DNA of 64,000 bases from Zootoca vivipara (Eukaryota). The notes beneath the pieces were generated by a model. That model had not been told where the DNA came from. It saw only the letters and a program-made list of their open reading frames with translations, and made no database searches. Where the stretch lies: the NCBI RefSeq assembly GCF_963506605.1, contig NC_083292.1, forward strand, positions 16,368,001-16,432,000, in the 5' to 3' direction. Shown here in pieces: positions 37,935-52,191 of this stretch (position 1 is its first letter; each line of letters begins with the position of its first letter). A program made the translations under genes and the position numbers.

Positions 37935-39059
37935 GTGGGTCCCTGCCTGTGGGTGAAGAGCATGTGCGTTGTGCCAGTCATGGAGGAACATGCGTTAACG
38001 TGTCCTGTTGTGATGCTCTCAAGAGGCTCCGGGGGCACAGTCTAGCACTAGTCTCGGAATTGGTGGCTAATGGTAATCCTTATAGCATGTTAGGAATCCA
38101 GCTTAAGAGTGGTCAAGGCCTTGTGAAACCTGCCCCATGATGGCGTGGTGTGAGCCCTGACAGCCAAGGCCAGGTTTTCTGGGGTTCATTCCTAAGTTAC
38201 ATGGAAAAAAAATAAGCATTTGGATTTACTTGCCTCTGTCTTCGTCTAGGTAAGTCGAGTTGACTTGCTTTGCCATTCTCCCTTTAACAGACCAAGAGTT
38301 GAACAGAGATTGCTAGTGGTTGGCTGTTGAATAAGCTTAGCTCACCTTTGCCTTGGCAGCCAGAGCTTGCATCCACAAACTGCAGCGCTTCTCCCCAGAG
38401 ATGCTGATGAGTAACCATAGTGGTTACAATAGCAGTCTTTCCCACCTATGCATGGAACCTCTTCCTATGGTGGTCTCATGATGTCTCTGCCATAAACCAG
38501 TTTTTTCCTAGTCTTGGGGCATTGCTACCTCTCTTGCAACCACCTTCTTCCATCTGCTGCAACCACCCTCTCTGTCACAGCTGGAGGCTGCTTGCTGTGG
38601 GATTTCCCTTCAGAACCTGAGCTGCTGAGATACAATTAAATTAAGATGAGCTGGTGAGACTGTTCACCAAGGCATCTCCCAAGTATGCTGAAGGACTCCA
38701 CTAGATTACATCTCTTTCCCTCTGGCAGTTAAAAGTTGGAAACTACCGACATCTTCACCCTTCTCTTAGTTAGATGAGGACAGAACGTGGCTGTGTTTGC
38801 CTTACTAATACCTGCACCGTACTAGCTGTTATGTAACACATGGCCTTCATCTGTAGACCCTCAAGGGCCAGATCAGAGCTGGCCCAAGGCAGCAGCAGTA
38901 AACGGACTCCTACTTGCGTGTATATGGAAAAAAAGCTATCTCCAGCCTCGAGCCACTTGTACATTGGTTCCTGATCTTCATTTTTGGCATTCATTCATTC
39001 ATAACGTTGACCACAGGATGTTATGCCAATGTTTGGGTTTTCTCTGTTTTAAATTCCAG

Positions 39060-39203
39060 GGTGAAACATCCTATATCAGAGTTTGTCCTGAAAGAAGCAT
39101 CAGCTATGGCTACTCGCGCTCCCGTTCTGGTTCAAGGAGTCGCGATTCTCCATACCAAAGCAGGGGATCGCCACGCTACTCTTCTCCCTTCAGGCCATAC
39201 TGA
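39060..39203 (+). CDS. SRSF9: SRSF9 exon 4 (terminal coding)
   Basis: GETSYIRV...[32 protein letters not shown]-stop, SRSF9-specific short RS tail; AATAAA at 39327 and 40190. Confidence 0.97.
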   Translation, partial: GETSYIRVCPERSISYGYSRSRSGSRSRDSPYQSRGSPRYSSPFRPY

Positions 39204-40659
39204 TTGCACCCAACAGGGACTCCTAAAAATGTGAACTGAGCTCTTTATTTCTGCTCAGAGTTTACATTCCAAAATGGATGGATATAGTCTTTCGTAGGAA
39301 GCCTTGTTACCCCCCCTTTCTTATTCAATAAAATCTTTTTTTATGACTTACAGTTTTTACTAGGGAAGTGTTGGTAATGAAATACTGTAAAACATTGCCA
39401 CTTGAACTTCTTTTGTTTGGAAAATGTACATTGTTTTTGTTTCTCCTTCTGAATGAAGGGATATGAGCTTGAGAACTAGTATGCGTTAATGGTTGTCTGC
39501 AGGAAGGTGCTGTAAAGGAGTGGAGCAACCTGTATGGCTCAGCCTGTTGTGTTGTTTTGAAATATACTTAAATGTTTCTGTAACTCATCAGTGGGTGACT
39601 GTCTTTTGTGCAGGTGGGAAGCTGGTGTAAAATACAGCTTTTAAATTCCTTTCTGTTCCTGGGTTTATCAAAGCCTACTGGTCAAGCCGGGTATTGTAGT
39701 GGAAGAAAAATCAACAGAATATTTACACTACAGTAATATAAAAGTTGCTCAGATACTGTATAATATCCCTGAGTGCTTTCAGATGGGAGCGTATTGTGGA
39801 ATTGGGTGTTGCTTACACAATTTTTTTTTGGCAGCATCTACACATTGTTTTCATAAAAATGCCAATCCAGATAAAAACTGATAAGTGAAAATAACCCATT
39901 AGTCATCCACAGTGACCACTGGAGTAGAAACTTGTTTGCAGCATGTGGGGGGAGTTTGTCACATCTGTTGATGTTCTAGTGAACGTTCCTGATTGCCACA
40001 CCCCTACTTCCGTTTGCTCCTCACCCGAGCGTAGCCTAGCTGTTTCATTTCTGGCAGCAAAAATGACATGAGGCTGCCTATTTCCACTGGCTGCCACATG
40101 CAGTGGGCGTGTCTGAAACCATTTCAGCAGAGGGCACATGTGGAACTATCTTGGAGACCCAAATTGCAATTGCACACATTTGACTTTTAAATAAAACCAA
40201 TAGAACTCTAGCAGAACACCTCTCATACTACTCTCTGTTACATGTCAAGTAAATATCACTCTTGCAAAACACCAGAGTATTAATTAAAATATGAAACCTA
40301 CAATTGTCCCTATGAAAAACCCACAATCCTCTGTTTTACCCTTTGTTAAACATAACTAAAGCTGGTAACATTTGCTCTCATGCACTTCCTGGGTTTTCTC
40401 TCCCTCCCCCTGCAAAAAAAGCTACAGAAATACTTGTGCACCTTCCAGATTAGAAAAATTGGGGAGATGGGTGGAGCAGAAAAATACAGCACAGGTGTAT
40501 CCATACAGTCAAACTCCAGTATGGATGATGGAATAGCAGTGACTGCCCACAACTGGGAGAACAGACCTCGTAGTTCTTCACATGACATAAATTGGTTATG
40601 AAGTCCCAGTTGTTTTAAGGGCCTTTTCTAGAGGCCCCTGTAACTTCATGACTCCCAGC

Positions 40660-40925
40660 ACAAGATGCTGATCTATAAAGCCCTAAACAGCCTTGGCTCT
40701 GTATACCTGAAGGAGCCCTATCATCCAGCTCTGAGGGCCTTCTGGCAGTTCACTCACTGAAAAGCGAAGTTACAGGGAATCAGGCAGAGGGCCTTCTCAG
40801 CAGTGGTGCCCCTCCCTGTGGAATACCCTCCCATAAGATGTCAAGATAAAGAACAACACAAGCTGCTCAGAGTGGCTGGGGAAACCCAGCCAGATGGGTG
40901 AGGTGAGGTATAAAGAATAAATTAT
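40660..40925 (+). mobile_element. Degenerate L2 3' fragment
   Basis: Similar to 58712-59122 with deletions. Confidence 0.65.
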
Positions 40926-41671
40926 GAGGAAACATCAAAGAAAGATAACAGGTGAGGCAACAGAATTAGTGAAGGGGCTGCTGGAATAGGAAGCACAGCT
41001 CCAGAGCACAACTAATGGGACAGGTGGTTTCTCTGGCCAAAGACTTGATAAACAAGGGCATTTCCTGTGCATCTAGCCAACTGCTAAATCTGTCCAATTA
41101 TTATTAATTTCATTTCTATACCACCCTATACCCAAAGGTCTAAGGGCAGTTCACATGAAAAATAAAATACATAAATACATAAAATGCAATGCAAACATTT
41201 GCTCCTTTGGGAGGCAGGGCGGAATATAAATTCAGTTAATAAAGCTGTATTAAAGCCCCATTGCTACTTGACTTGTAAACCTTTGAAATTAAAGTTTTGT
41301 TGTAGTTGACATGTAAAACGAGATGTTCCATTTCATACCTATGAAGTTGTAGTTGCCTCAAGCCTAGAGGGCTTCCTGGCAAAGACACTATTGCATGCTT
41401 AGAGGCTCACTTTTCTATCTTGCCTGCAACCACAGAGAAAGCATTCCCTGATTATGTGATAGTTTATTTAAGTGCTGGCCTGGATAATATTTGTTAAGCC
41501 TTGTAACTGCTGTAAAGAAGGTCTAACTTCAGGTTTGGAGCTAAGTTAAACTATTAAGTGTGCTGTATCATGTTAAGGCTGCAATCCAATCCATGCTTAC
41601 AATAGAGTTGTGCTACTGGTGTCCATGGGATTTTTATATAAATAAAAGGTCAGACTGCATATGTTATACAT

Positions 41672-41792
41672 CAAGCATCCCCAAACTTCGGCCCTCCAGA
41701 TGTTTTGGACTACAATTCCCATCTTCCCTGACCACTGGTCCTGTTAGCTACGGATCATGGGAGTTGTAGGCCAAAACATCTGGAGGGCTGCA
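41672..41792. mobile_element. hAT-type palindromic MITE (one end eroded)
   Basis: Same family as 12269-12403. Confidence 0.75.
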
Positions 41793-42925
41793 GATGAGGA
41801 AATGCACTTCAGATCAGCAAATTATTTATTACATACAGCTCAACAGTATCTTAAAAACTACTGTTTCCTTTTCTGAAGCAGAAATTCATATGCCAATTTG
41901 AAAATGACAAATCTAGTTGAGGATAATGTGCTACACTGCGTTTTGATTCCCATTCTAAACCAAATATTGCTATTCTGTGCTCTCAGGTTTTGTAAGTACC
42001 CAACCATGAGCCAATCTCATGAATTAACTCTACAGCAACATTCTGTTAGAATAGCATCACAAATACCATTGAGCAACATGCTTGTTCCAAAGGTCTACCA
42101 TATGTTTCCCAGGAAAACAAAGATCCTATTGTCTATTTCTCACAACTTTTTATGTGTGTGGTTTTTTTAAATAATGGTTCCTTTATGCATTTATCTATCT
42201 GTGAAACACTTGATACAACTTGTTCCCTGAATCTGGTACCATTAAACATCACACCTATACTTCTCCCATGTTTTGAGAGATGTAGGCTAGCCCAGAATCT
42301 CTCTGGGGCTGGGTAGGAAGAAACTGCCAGAAGTCTCCGTCTTCCCTCTTTCATCTCGTATCATTCTGCGCATCACAGACAGCCACTCCATCCTTGGGCA
42401 CCTTTGACAGCTGGATATCCTTGAGATTCTGCTCCCCAAATATGTCAGTCTGCTTATCCAGACACAGAACACTGGACAATGACACATCGGTCCTTGCTGT
42501 GATCACTCTCCTTTCAATATACAGAGCTCAGAAATCTGCTACATTCTGCTATCTGGTTTCTCGGTCATTTTTCTAAAACCATTTCCCCTTCAGAAGTAGA
42601 AAGTTTGGTTTTGGGTGTTTTGTTTTTGAAGGGGCAAAAGGGTTACGGTCGTGAAAATATTTTGGCCATATAACGAAAAATTGTGTTGGGTACACCCGAA
42701 ACCAATTGAAATAACAAGGATTAAGGACACTTAACTGGGTTGGATTGTTGTCCTCATTGTTGGATTTATACACAATTTAAAAATGCCAGTGTCAATAATA
42801 ACTTAGGCCTAAGCAGTACAGAAACAGCAGTCATTTCAGAGAGAACGGTCAAGTTGCACAAGGGATGTGGTGAAGGTTTATCCAGGATGCAGTTTCATGG
42901 AGTAGATGCTGGCTGCTGAAGAAGT

Positions 42926-43008
42926 CTATTGTGGCTTCTGTTGTAGAGCATAGGACTCTTCTTTATACAGAAAACTCCTGTCTTCCAGCTGTGGTAAAGG
43001 GATGTTAC
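42926..43008 (-). CDS. GATC: Glutamyl-tRNA(Gln) amidotransferase subunit C, exon 4
   Basis: (G)NIPLPQLEDRSFLYKEESYALQQKPQ-stop; TTAG acceptor; phase 1. Confidence 0.88.
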
Positions 43009-43732
43009 CTAACACAGAATAAAATTGGCTGGAATTAAGTGCTTGTTTGTATAGGTTTGCTTTGACAGCGTAAGCCATTCCCTCTTACACCCAGAGTAAA
43101 CGTTTGTACCATCTAATACATAGTAAAACTAGCAGTGGTATAAAACCTGTATGCCTTAGTTACTGATTGTTAAGCAAAATGGGCTGACTAATGCTTCTTT
43201 AGGGGTTATCGGAGCAACTCTGTTTCTTGGTAATTCCACAATTAGGTGTGTACATTATGCATGCCTGGGATGCATGCAGCGTTCTGCTTCCTGGGAATCT
43301 CAGCTTTAAAATCTAGTCCTCGTGTTGGCAAAACTGTGCTTGGGATGTAAGCAAGGCATTGTAAATCTACAAAAGCTAGAAGGGTTTCTGAGTAAGTTTT
43401 CCACAGTGGCAAGGGGACACTCTACTGCCCTGCACAGTTGCTTATCCAAATCAAGGACTAGCAAAATTACTGTGCAGAACATCAAAAGCTGTGAAATTCA
43501 GCTGTTTATTTGCATAATTCAGGGTTGCTTGGAGGACCCCACCTTAAAAGACAGACCTTATCTTAATCTCTCTTGTACATTAGCTGAATTGGAGATTGTC
43601 ATTATTTAACTGAAGTTAGTTAGGAGGCGATCGTTAATAAACTGTCTAACACATGTTCTTAAACTTGGAAGAGGTCTAGAAATGTCAAAACTACAGCAAA
43701 GCCTTGACTGCATATCTGATGCAAGATAATAC

Positions 43733-43836
43733 CTGGTGGAGCTACAAAATAGTCTTCAATGGTCTCCTTGGCTTTCTCCAGTAGCTCCTCTGCACAGTTG
43801 CCTTCTGTGACTTCATCTTCCCTGAGGTACAGATAC
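43733..43836 (-). CDS. GATC: GATC exon 3
   Basis: [34 protein letters not shown]; AG/GT; 104 nt. Confidence 0.95.
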
Positions 43837-44174
43837 CTGAGGAGAACAAATAATTATTCAGCCTTGTGGAGGTAGTTGGGATAAATACAGAATTGAAGCA
43901 GCTTACCACCTTGTCACCTAAGGATCAGGCTACTCCACCTGACCCCCCAAGGATTCAAGTGTGTTATTCTTCAAAAGCAATCAACATGATTTGTGGCAAC
44001 AAGCCTTATGGGCTATTTTCTACACATGTATTCTCTGGTTATGATGATGAGTAATAAGTGTTCACAGACTCTTACAAAAACAGCACAGGAATATCCTGTA
44101 CCAATTTCAGAAGAATTCAAGACTCCCTGCTGGACCAATAGAGAAAATTTTAACAGCTGATATGCAAGTGATAC

Positions 44175-44344
44175 CTGTCTTCCAGTACTGAATCCATCGG
44201 CTCTACTCCATCTGTATTAACTGCATGAAGTTTTTCAGCAAATTCAATGGCTTTTTCTAAACGCTCCACACCTTCCTGATTGCGGAAATCGACAAGCGCT
44301 AGGCGCTCCAGGTGATTGAGCAATTCCAAAGTTACTTTTTTATT
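44175..44344 (-). CDS. GATC: GATC exon 2
   Basis: [36 protein letters not shown]...[14 protein letters not shown]; 170 nt. Confidence 0.96.
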
Positions 44345-45486
44345 CTGAAAGAGGAAAAGTAATGCAATTAGATCCTGCAAAGAGATCCTCAGTAAATGAT
44401 AACAAAGCAACTTGTACAGAATCAAATCTCTCTTTAAAAAAACATTTAGAAGGAAATTTGTATTGCAGTTTCTCTTGGCTTTATATACTTGTTGCTCTTT
44501 CTGTTTCGAAGTATACATGTTTAGAGCTGCAGTGTTGATTGCATAAACTTGTTAAAAACCCACAGCTGAAATACTTAAACAAGCCAAACTTTCCTGAATT
44601 CAGTAATAATTGGAACAGAGGACAACAGTTATATAAACAGTGAATACCAGAGAATATAGATCCTACTGGAAGGACAGTAAGGTATATTCCAACCATGCAC
44701 AAGCCATAGGTTTATGATATATACACACACCCTCCACTCAGGTTCTGCTGAGAGCAAAAACTGCAAGGTTTTTAGCAGGGGAAATTAGAATAAGATCTAT
44801 TATTTGATTATTGATGTAATCCTCCAAAATGTATTTTGTATACTTAGGTTTTTACCTCTACAGTACTTTTTATTTTATTCCTATGGCTAGTGGCCGATGC
44901 TGATTCTTCTGATCTGACCTGATCCTCCACCCAGGTAAGGAAGAGGCATGATCACAGTTTAATGGCATATTCCAGCCAGAAAAGGCACTCGAGCAGAGCC
45001 TGTGAGAGGCATGACATGGGCAGAATCTTGACATGATAGATCCAGAAGCCTGCAATCAGCCCCAGGGCCTGAGGTTTTCCACCCTCTGGTGTACGTGGAA
45101 CATAGGTAGCGGATTTACACACCCTTGGGCCGTCTAGCTCAGTATTGCTTACACTAACAGGCAAGGCAATGACTCTCCAGGGTTTCAGACAAGGAGTCTC
45201 ACCCAGCCCTACCTGGAGATGCCATTGGTGGTCGAACCTGTGACCTTCATGCAATGCAGCTGCTATAGTCACTGAGCCATGGCTGCATGCTAATTATATG
45301 AAATAGGAAGAACCTTGTAAATCACCTTGAGCTCCTTGGAGGAAAGGTGGCCAACAAATGTAATTAATGCATCACTGTCATCACAATTTGAGAGCCCTTA
45401 AGCTAGATGCCCAAGAACCCACCAGTGACTGCTGTTTTTTGTTGTTTATTAAAGACCTACACGCGCTAAGAAGTACTCTCTCCTGA

Positions 45487-46023
<537 letters not shown>

Positions 46024-47161
46024 TAAAGCGCTATTTATTGCCTTTCTGTCTCACTTTATTTCCTCCAAGGAGCTGGAACACAGTCGCCTCTCCCCAATCT
46101 CAATCCTCGTAGGTGAGGTTGCGAGGCTGCGACTTCCTCAGGGTCACCCAGTAAGCTCGATGGTCCAGTAGTGATTTGAACCCTGGTGTCCCAGGCCCTG
46201 GTCCAGCACTCTTGAACACAACGCCTCGCCATCTCGCAAAACACATATTTGAACCACTTAAAAGCTGCAATAACACTGATGGTCACAGCTCAAAGAACTC
46301 TAGAAACCTCAGTATGTTCAGGGTGCTGTGGGCTGTTAGGAGATGCTTTTGCTTGCCTCATGTAGCTGCCATTCCCAGAGTCCCCTGTGATGGTGAAGCC
46401 ATTCTGGGAATTGTAGCTCCGGAAGGGGAATTCAGTGGTCTCTTAACAAATCTGAGAGTCAGTGTGGTTTAGTGGTTAGCAAATCAGACTACCAGGACCT
46501 GGGAGAAAAAGGTTCAAATCCCCACTGGGACGAAGGTCATTGGATGTACCTTGTCACTCCCTCTCAGCCTAACCTACCTCATAGGGTTGTTGTGTGGATT
46601 AAATGAGGAAGGGGAGAATTCTGTGCGCCACTTAGAGCTCCTTTGAGAAATAGGTGGGGTAGAAATGCAATTTTTAAAATAAAAAATCCAGCACCCTTGA
46701 CACACTACAGTTCCCAGGATTCTTTGGGGGAGGTCATGGTCCTCTAAAGTGGTATGATACTTCTTTAAATGCAAGATGTGGCTCTCATCTCTACTAAGGG
46801 ACCTCAGGTGGGGTGTGCTTGGTGGTGGTCAGTGGGGGAGGGCATGCAGGTCTTCCTTTAAGTGAAGCCAGACAAGAACATAGGTCAGCAACGCCCGGCC
46901 CATGGGCCGGATGTGGCCCACAGAGGACATTTATCCAGCCCACGGACCGCCTGTGAACCGAGCCACCCCCAAATTTTGCAATTCTCCCTGTACAAATAGG
47001 GAAACCACTGACCTGAGCATAATACGGAATTTGGGGGCTTTATCAGATGTAGTTCTATGTTAAGGTCACTTAGAAGTACAGTATACTAGTTTCACTGGTG
47101 AAATGTTTTGCAGCAGTGGATCATTGTGGAGCGTGAGAATGCAAAATTAGGTGGTTGGTAA

Positions 47162-47425
<264 letters not shown>

Positions 47426-48268
47426 CCATGATGGTCACACACACACAAAAAAAATTCTGAACACACACCAGCATGCTAAATCTAGTTGGCTGCTGGACAA
47501 GGACTCTAGCTATGTTGTCCATGGGTATGGAGAAATTCAAGGACTGTTCAGCCCATGAGCAGTAACATCTGCCTCATTAATCTAGTAGCAAGCTTCATAT
47601 CTACTGACGTATTGTGGGTTTTATCATGTGCACAGTGGGATTCTTCCGATTTACAACTGAATGTATTTCTAACAAAGGAGTTGGGGATAAATTAATGCCT
47701 GGTTTTTGATCATCCAGTTGTTTTTATTTATGTAAATCTTAACTGCAACTGTTAAAATGAATGTCAAGGTCAATCTCGTACATTATTCAATGTGTTCTGT
47801 TGGGATTTTATTTTCTGTTTGTCAATTCCACTTCAAGTGGTAGCAGAGAATTCCACTTGGGCTGTAAGTTAACCTAACGTTAAAGTATACCATATTCAGT
47901 GAAATAGTGCTGGAGAAATACTGTGCCTTCCTCTGAGGAAGTTGGCCTCGTTCTATGTCTGCTTGTTCAGCTATTCCATGAAGCCCAGGCCAGATGTAGA
48001 AGTTTCAGGGGTACAATGCTTTTTATTTAACAAAGGAAAGAAAGGTTTCAACTTTAGCAGTGTTGTTGGGATTGACCTCAAAAACTTTAAATTTGTCTAC
48101 AGCATAAGATGGATGTGTAAAAGGTGGGTCTCCATTTCACTCTGCCAAAGTCAGATTATTAAAATGAGCCCGCATTGTTTTAAGTTGTTGCCTGGTTTAT
48201 AAACCTGTAGGAGGAAATCTAGAATTGAAACAAGTTGGTAGCTGATATCAACAATCATCTATCTAGAG

Positions 48269-48404
48269 CAGGCACCCCCAAACTGCGGCCCTCCAGATGT
48301 TTTGGCCTACAACTCCCATGATCCCTAGCTAAGAGGACCAGTGGTCAGGGATGATGGGAATTGTAGTCCAAAACATCTGGAGGGCCGCAGTTTGTGGATG
48401 CCTG
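48269..48404. mobile_element. hAT-type palindromic MITE
   Basis: Perfect 8-bp TSD ATCTAGAG. Confidence 0.9.
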
Positions 48405-48651
48405 ATCTAGAGTCATACAATCTTACTATAGTAGCTAAAATGCATTTGTGTTCGTTCAGAGGCAGCTGGATCAAAACCCAAAACTAGGAAACGGACAGCT
48501 CTGTATATGAAGCTTTTTAAAGTTTGTTATGTGAGAGGTTGGCCTGACACCCGTCTCTTGACAAGACTAGTTTCTTGAGCAAAAGGATTTCAGTATAACA
48601 ATAAGAAGTGTAGACCTCCCCCCACATGCACATTGTTAATAGATTTTAGGG

Positions 48652-48787
48652 CAGGCATCCCCAAACTGTGGCCCTCCAGATGTTTTGGTCTACAACTCCC
48701 ATGATCCCTAGCTAACAGGATCAGTGGTCGAGGAAGATGGGAATTGTAGTCCAAAACATCTGGAGGGCTGAAGTTTGGGGGTGCCTG
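48652..48787. mobile_element. hAT-type palindromic MITE
   Basis: TSD TTTTAGGG/CTTTAGGG (7 of 8). Confidence 0.88.
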
Positions 48788-50185
48788 CTTTAGGGGCATA
48801 GCAAATGGGGGGGCTTCTTCTCAACCCCATTAAAAAATCTGTATTTATTTTATTTTTTTCTAAATCAGCATTTTTAAAAAGAAAAATGCTGTTTGTTTCA
48901 TATTAAAAGGACTGAATTCAATAGTTGGGTCACCTGCACAATCCCACAGAGAATTTTACAACCAACTTCTTGCAGCCCTGTTGTCAGTGTTGGAAATGTT
49001 CTTGCAACAGAAAGTGCCTTCTGATATGATGAATCGGCTGTATGCATTCTGCTGTGTGCAATAACAGAATTAAACAAGATTAATATATATATAAGACTGT
49101 AGTGGCCTTTACATTGTGTAGCACTGCTTCGGAGCATCGTAGGTGAACAGCTTACACCACTGGTGCTCTTCCCTGAACTAGGGAAGATACTTACCATACA
49201 AGTTGCTAAAATGACAGCTGTGAATGTCAGAGCGTAAGTCTTGGCTGCCTCTGCCATCCGTTCAGTTCAATGGCCTCACCCAAATCTCCATCTCAGTCAA
49301 CGCAGCAGCAACAGAGCTACTGGTCTGTCTTAATAGGTATGTACATAGAGCACTATGTAAAATTCCACTAATTGCCAATTCATTTCATTAAATAATCTTA
49401 AGTATTTAGCCCTCCTCATTATTGAAGGTTGTGATTAGTGCATAAATCCACCATTAGGAGAACCCTGGGCTCATTCACCGGAGGTACTAGGCCTCCCCTA
49501 ACACCCACACATGCCAAATATATATGTAGATATAAGCTGGATAAGAATGTGTTTTGGGTTGCAAAAATAAAAAGGTTCACTTCCATGAAAATTATACAGT
49601 GGTTAAGAATCAGAATGCAAGCAACAGATGTCTTTGATAAAGTTGAAAAAATGAAGCTGTTACTGCAATTCATTTGTTTTAAAATCACTGGTTGACTAGT
49701 TCAGCGCTGGCTGAGCACTGTAGCCAAAAGTTGCGATGGCACCAGATTGGGGGAGGCTGTTCTCTGCTTTTGTCATCCCTTTGCATACTACAGAGAAAAT
49801 TTATCACTTCATTTCAGAATATAATCTGCTCAAACATGAAATACAGTATAAGAAAACCATACAGTGCTTCATGTTCCCATTTCCCCTCCCCTCCCCAAAG
49901 AACCTTTAATCACTGCTTTCTTGTACAGACACTGCTGTTTTAAGTTGTCTTAAACCAAAAGTGTAGCCTCTCCAGGATAGTTAAGAAAAACCACAGAAAA
50001 ATTTGGTTGAAAGTGTTTTCTTTTTCTTTTTAATGTGACCTCTGGAACAAACAATACATTCTGCTAGAGGTCAGAACTTCATCATTTCATAGTACTGTAT
50101 AAGGAATGGAGAGCATTGCTGGTCCCAACGTGGGTCTTGGTACAGCTACCTTAAATGGTCCCCATGGCTGGCATGATGCAGTTGC

Positions 50186-50272
50186 TTAATGGTCATCTTC
50201 ATAGCCAGTTGGCAGAGCGTTAACATGGGGGTTGTGGAAGAAACTGTGGTTTCCATCACCCCATGGGAAGGG
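50186..50272 (-). CDS. COX6A1: Cytochrome c oxidase subunit 6A1, exon 3
   Basis: PFPWGDGNHSFFHNPHVNALPTGYEDDH-stop; ATTAAA on minus strand ~50029-50034. Confidence 0.97.
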   Translation of the reverse strand, partial: PFPWGDGNHSFFHNPHVNALPTGYEDDH

Positions 50273-50786
50273 CTATAGAAAGAAGAGATTGAAGTTTTTA
50301 GCAAATTACAGAGCAGCAATTCAACTACTTATATTATTTAAAAAAGCAGTTATTCTGAAAATGATGCTTGAAAAGCACTACAGTAATTGGCATCAAAGAG
50401 CAGGCTAGATCAGAAGTCACTGCTACAGAGCAGGGACAACTTGGAAATAGTAGTTTCAGTTACTGGTGACTCAAAGCAGGTTACAATTAAATACAAACTA
50501 CCAGCAAAACTGAGAGACAAAAGACAGAGCTGACACTAAATTATAAAAGAGAGCAGCTCTTTCAAACAGTCAACACCACTCCCTATATTGGCCACAGTTA
50601 ACATGGTATCCCAGAGCTTGGGAGCCACTCCTGTAAGATTGCTCATACTCATGGTCATTAGACCATCTGGAGGGCAACAGGTTGGGGATGACTAGGTTAA
50701 ACTAAAGGCTTAAAATGACAGCTGTATAGAATTGTAGATTTATAGAATCATGGAGCTGGAAGAGACTCTAAGGGTCATCTTTCTAG

Positions 50787-50902
50787 CCCTCCAGAAGTTT
50801 TGGACTACAGTTCCCATCATCCCTGACCACTGGTCCTCTTAGCTGGGGATCATGGGAGTTGTAGACCAAAACATCTGTAGGGCCGCAGTTTGGTGGTGCC
50901 TG
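50787..50902. mobile_element. hAT-type palindromic MITE (left end deleted) within a CR1-tailed repeat
   Basis: Same family as 12269-12403. Confidence 0.7.
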
Positions 50903-51734
50903 TTCTAGCCCAACCTCCTGCAATGCAGGAATCTCAACTAAAGCAGCCACGATGGAAATTAGAGCTCTTTATCTTTAGGTATGTACATCCCACCCTGTTC
51001 CATTCACACCAGTGGTTGGGACAAAGTCACATGGGTGGGCCACAGGCAATGACCCAACAGGGCCATTTTAGTAGCTATTGGGACATTTAGAAAAAAAACA
51101 AAGTGCACATATATTTCAAATGGTATGTTAAAATGTTTTAGTGTAAAATAAAAAATGGATAATAAAATAAAGTGGGACTAAAATGGCACTGGCTGTGGGG
51201 TGAAGGGCAGTGTAGGGCTGGGCACATCTCAGGCTGGTGGGACCCACTTCATTTTTCATTGGGCACCCCAAGATCAACAGGCCAGAGCTGGGTGCAAAAT
51301 CAAACAATGCAGTTTTTTAGGGGGAAACAGACTGTTTTTGCTTTTTAAGTTGATCTTTAACATTACCGTTTTATCAGCTACTTCTTTTTTAATGAAATAC
51401 AGTTTTTGCACTAACATTTACTACCTTCCTCTACTATATAATTTTGGAAAGTGGCTTCTCTGTATGTTCTTTATGCATTTGGTTACCTCTTCAGATCGCA
51501 TCATCAGCCTATCTGGCATGACGGATCCCGAGATGGGGGAATAGCATGTTTAGATACCATGGGATGCTGCTTTGCATCCAGATGAAGGGCTGAACCTTTC
51601 CAAACTGCACTGATTTGGAAACCTCTTCAGACATCATCACCCAGTTTGGTGTAGCACTACGAGCCATCTCCTTGTTAAGTGGTCCAAGTAAATAAAGAAC
51701 AAGACTTGCTTGTGGTCAGGTTTGAGTCCAATAC

Positions 51735-51874
51735 CTTGGTCCGGATGCGCAGATGGGCATAAGGAATGAACTCTGGCCTTTCATGTTCGTGCTGAGACTT
51801 CAGGTAGCAGTTCAGCATACACACAGCAACTCCAGGCAAAGCAACCACGAAGGACAGGATCTTCCACATGCGAG
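51735..51874 (-). CDS. COX6A1: COX6A1 exon 2
   Basis: [46 protein letters not shown]; 140 nt. Confidence 0.97.
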
Positions 51875-51972
51875 CTAATGGAAAGAATTTGCACACAAGC
51901 AGAAACTGATTGGTTGCCCTGTTTTTTGCAAAGGGGGAAAAGCACAGCACTGATACAATTAATCCCTGAATA

Positions 51973-52191
51973 CAGTGGTACCTCGGTTTGCAAATGCAAT
52001 CCGTTCCGCGGAGGCGTTCGCTCGCCGAGGTATTCGCTCGCCGAAGGCACGCTTCTATGCATGCGCGAGCTGCGCAGATCGCGTCTGTGCATCCAATGCC
52101 GCGGAACCTGGATATAAACACTTCCGGGTCTGCGGCGTTCATAAACTGAGGTTTTCGTAAGCGGAGGTAGTCGTAAACCAAGGTTCCACTG
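51973..52191. mobile_element. Tc1/mariner MITE
   Basis: TA|CAGTGGTACCTCGGTTT...AAACCAAGGTTCCACTG|TA. Confidence 0.85.

Noticed and set aside
40062-40116. ATGACATGA...CTGA resembling a box C/D snoRNA
   Set aside because: Box C is not RTGATGA, no terminal stem, and it is not intronic.
42133-42576. Short ORFs downstream of the GATC stop
   Set aside because: No homology recognised; probably 3' UTR or intergenic.
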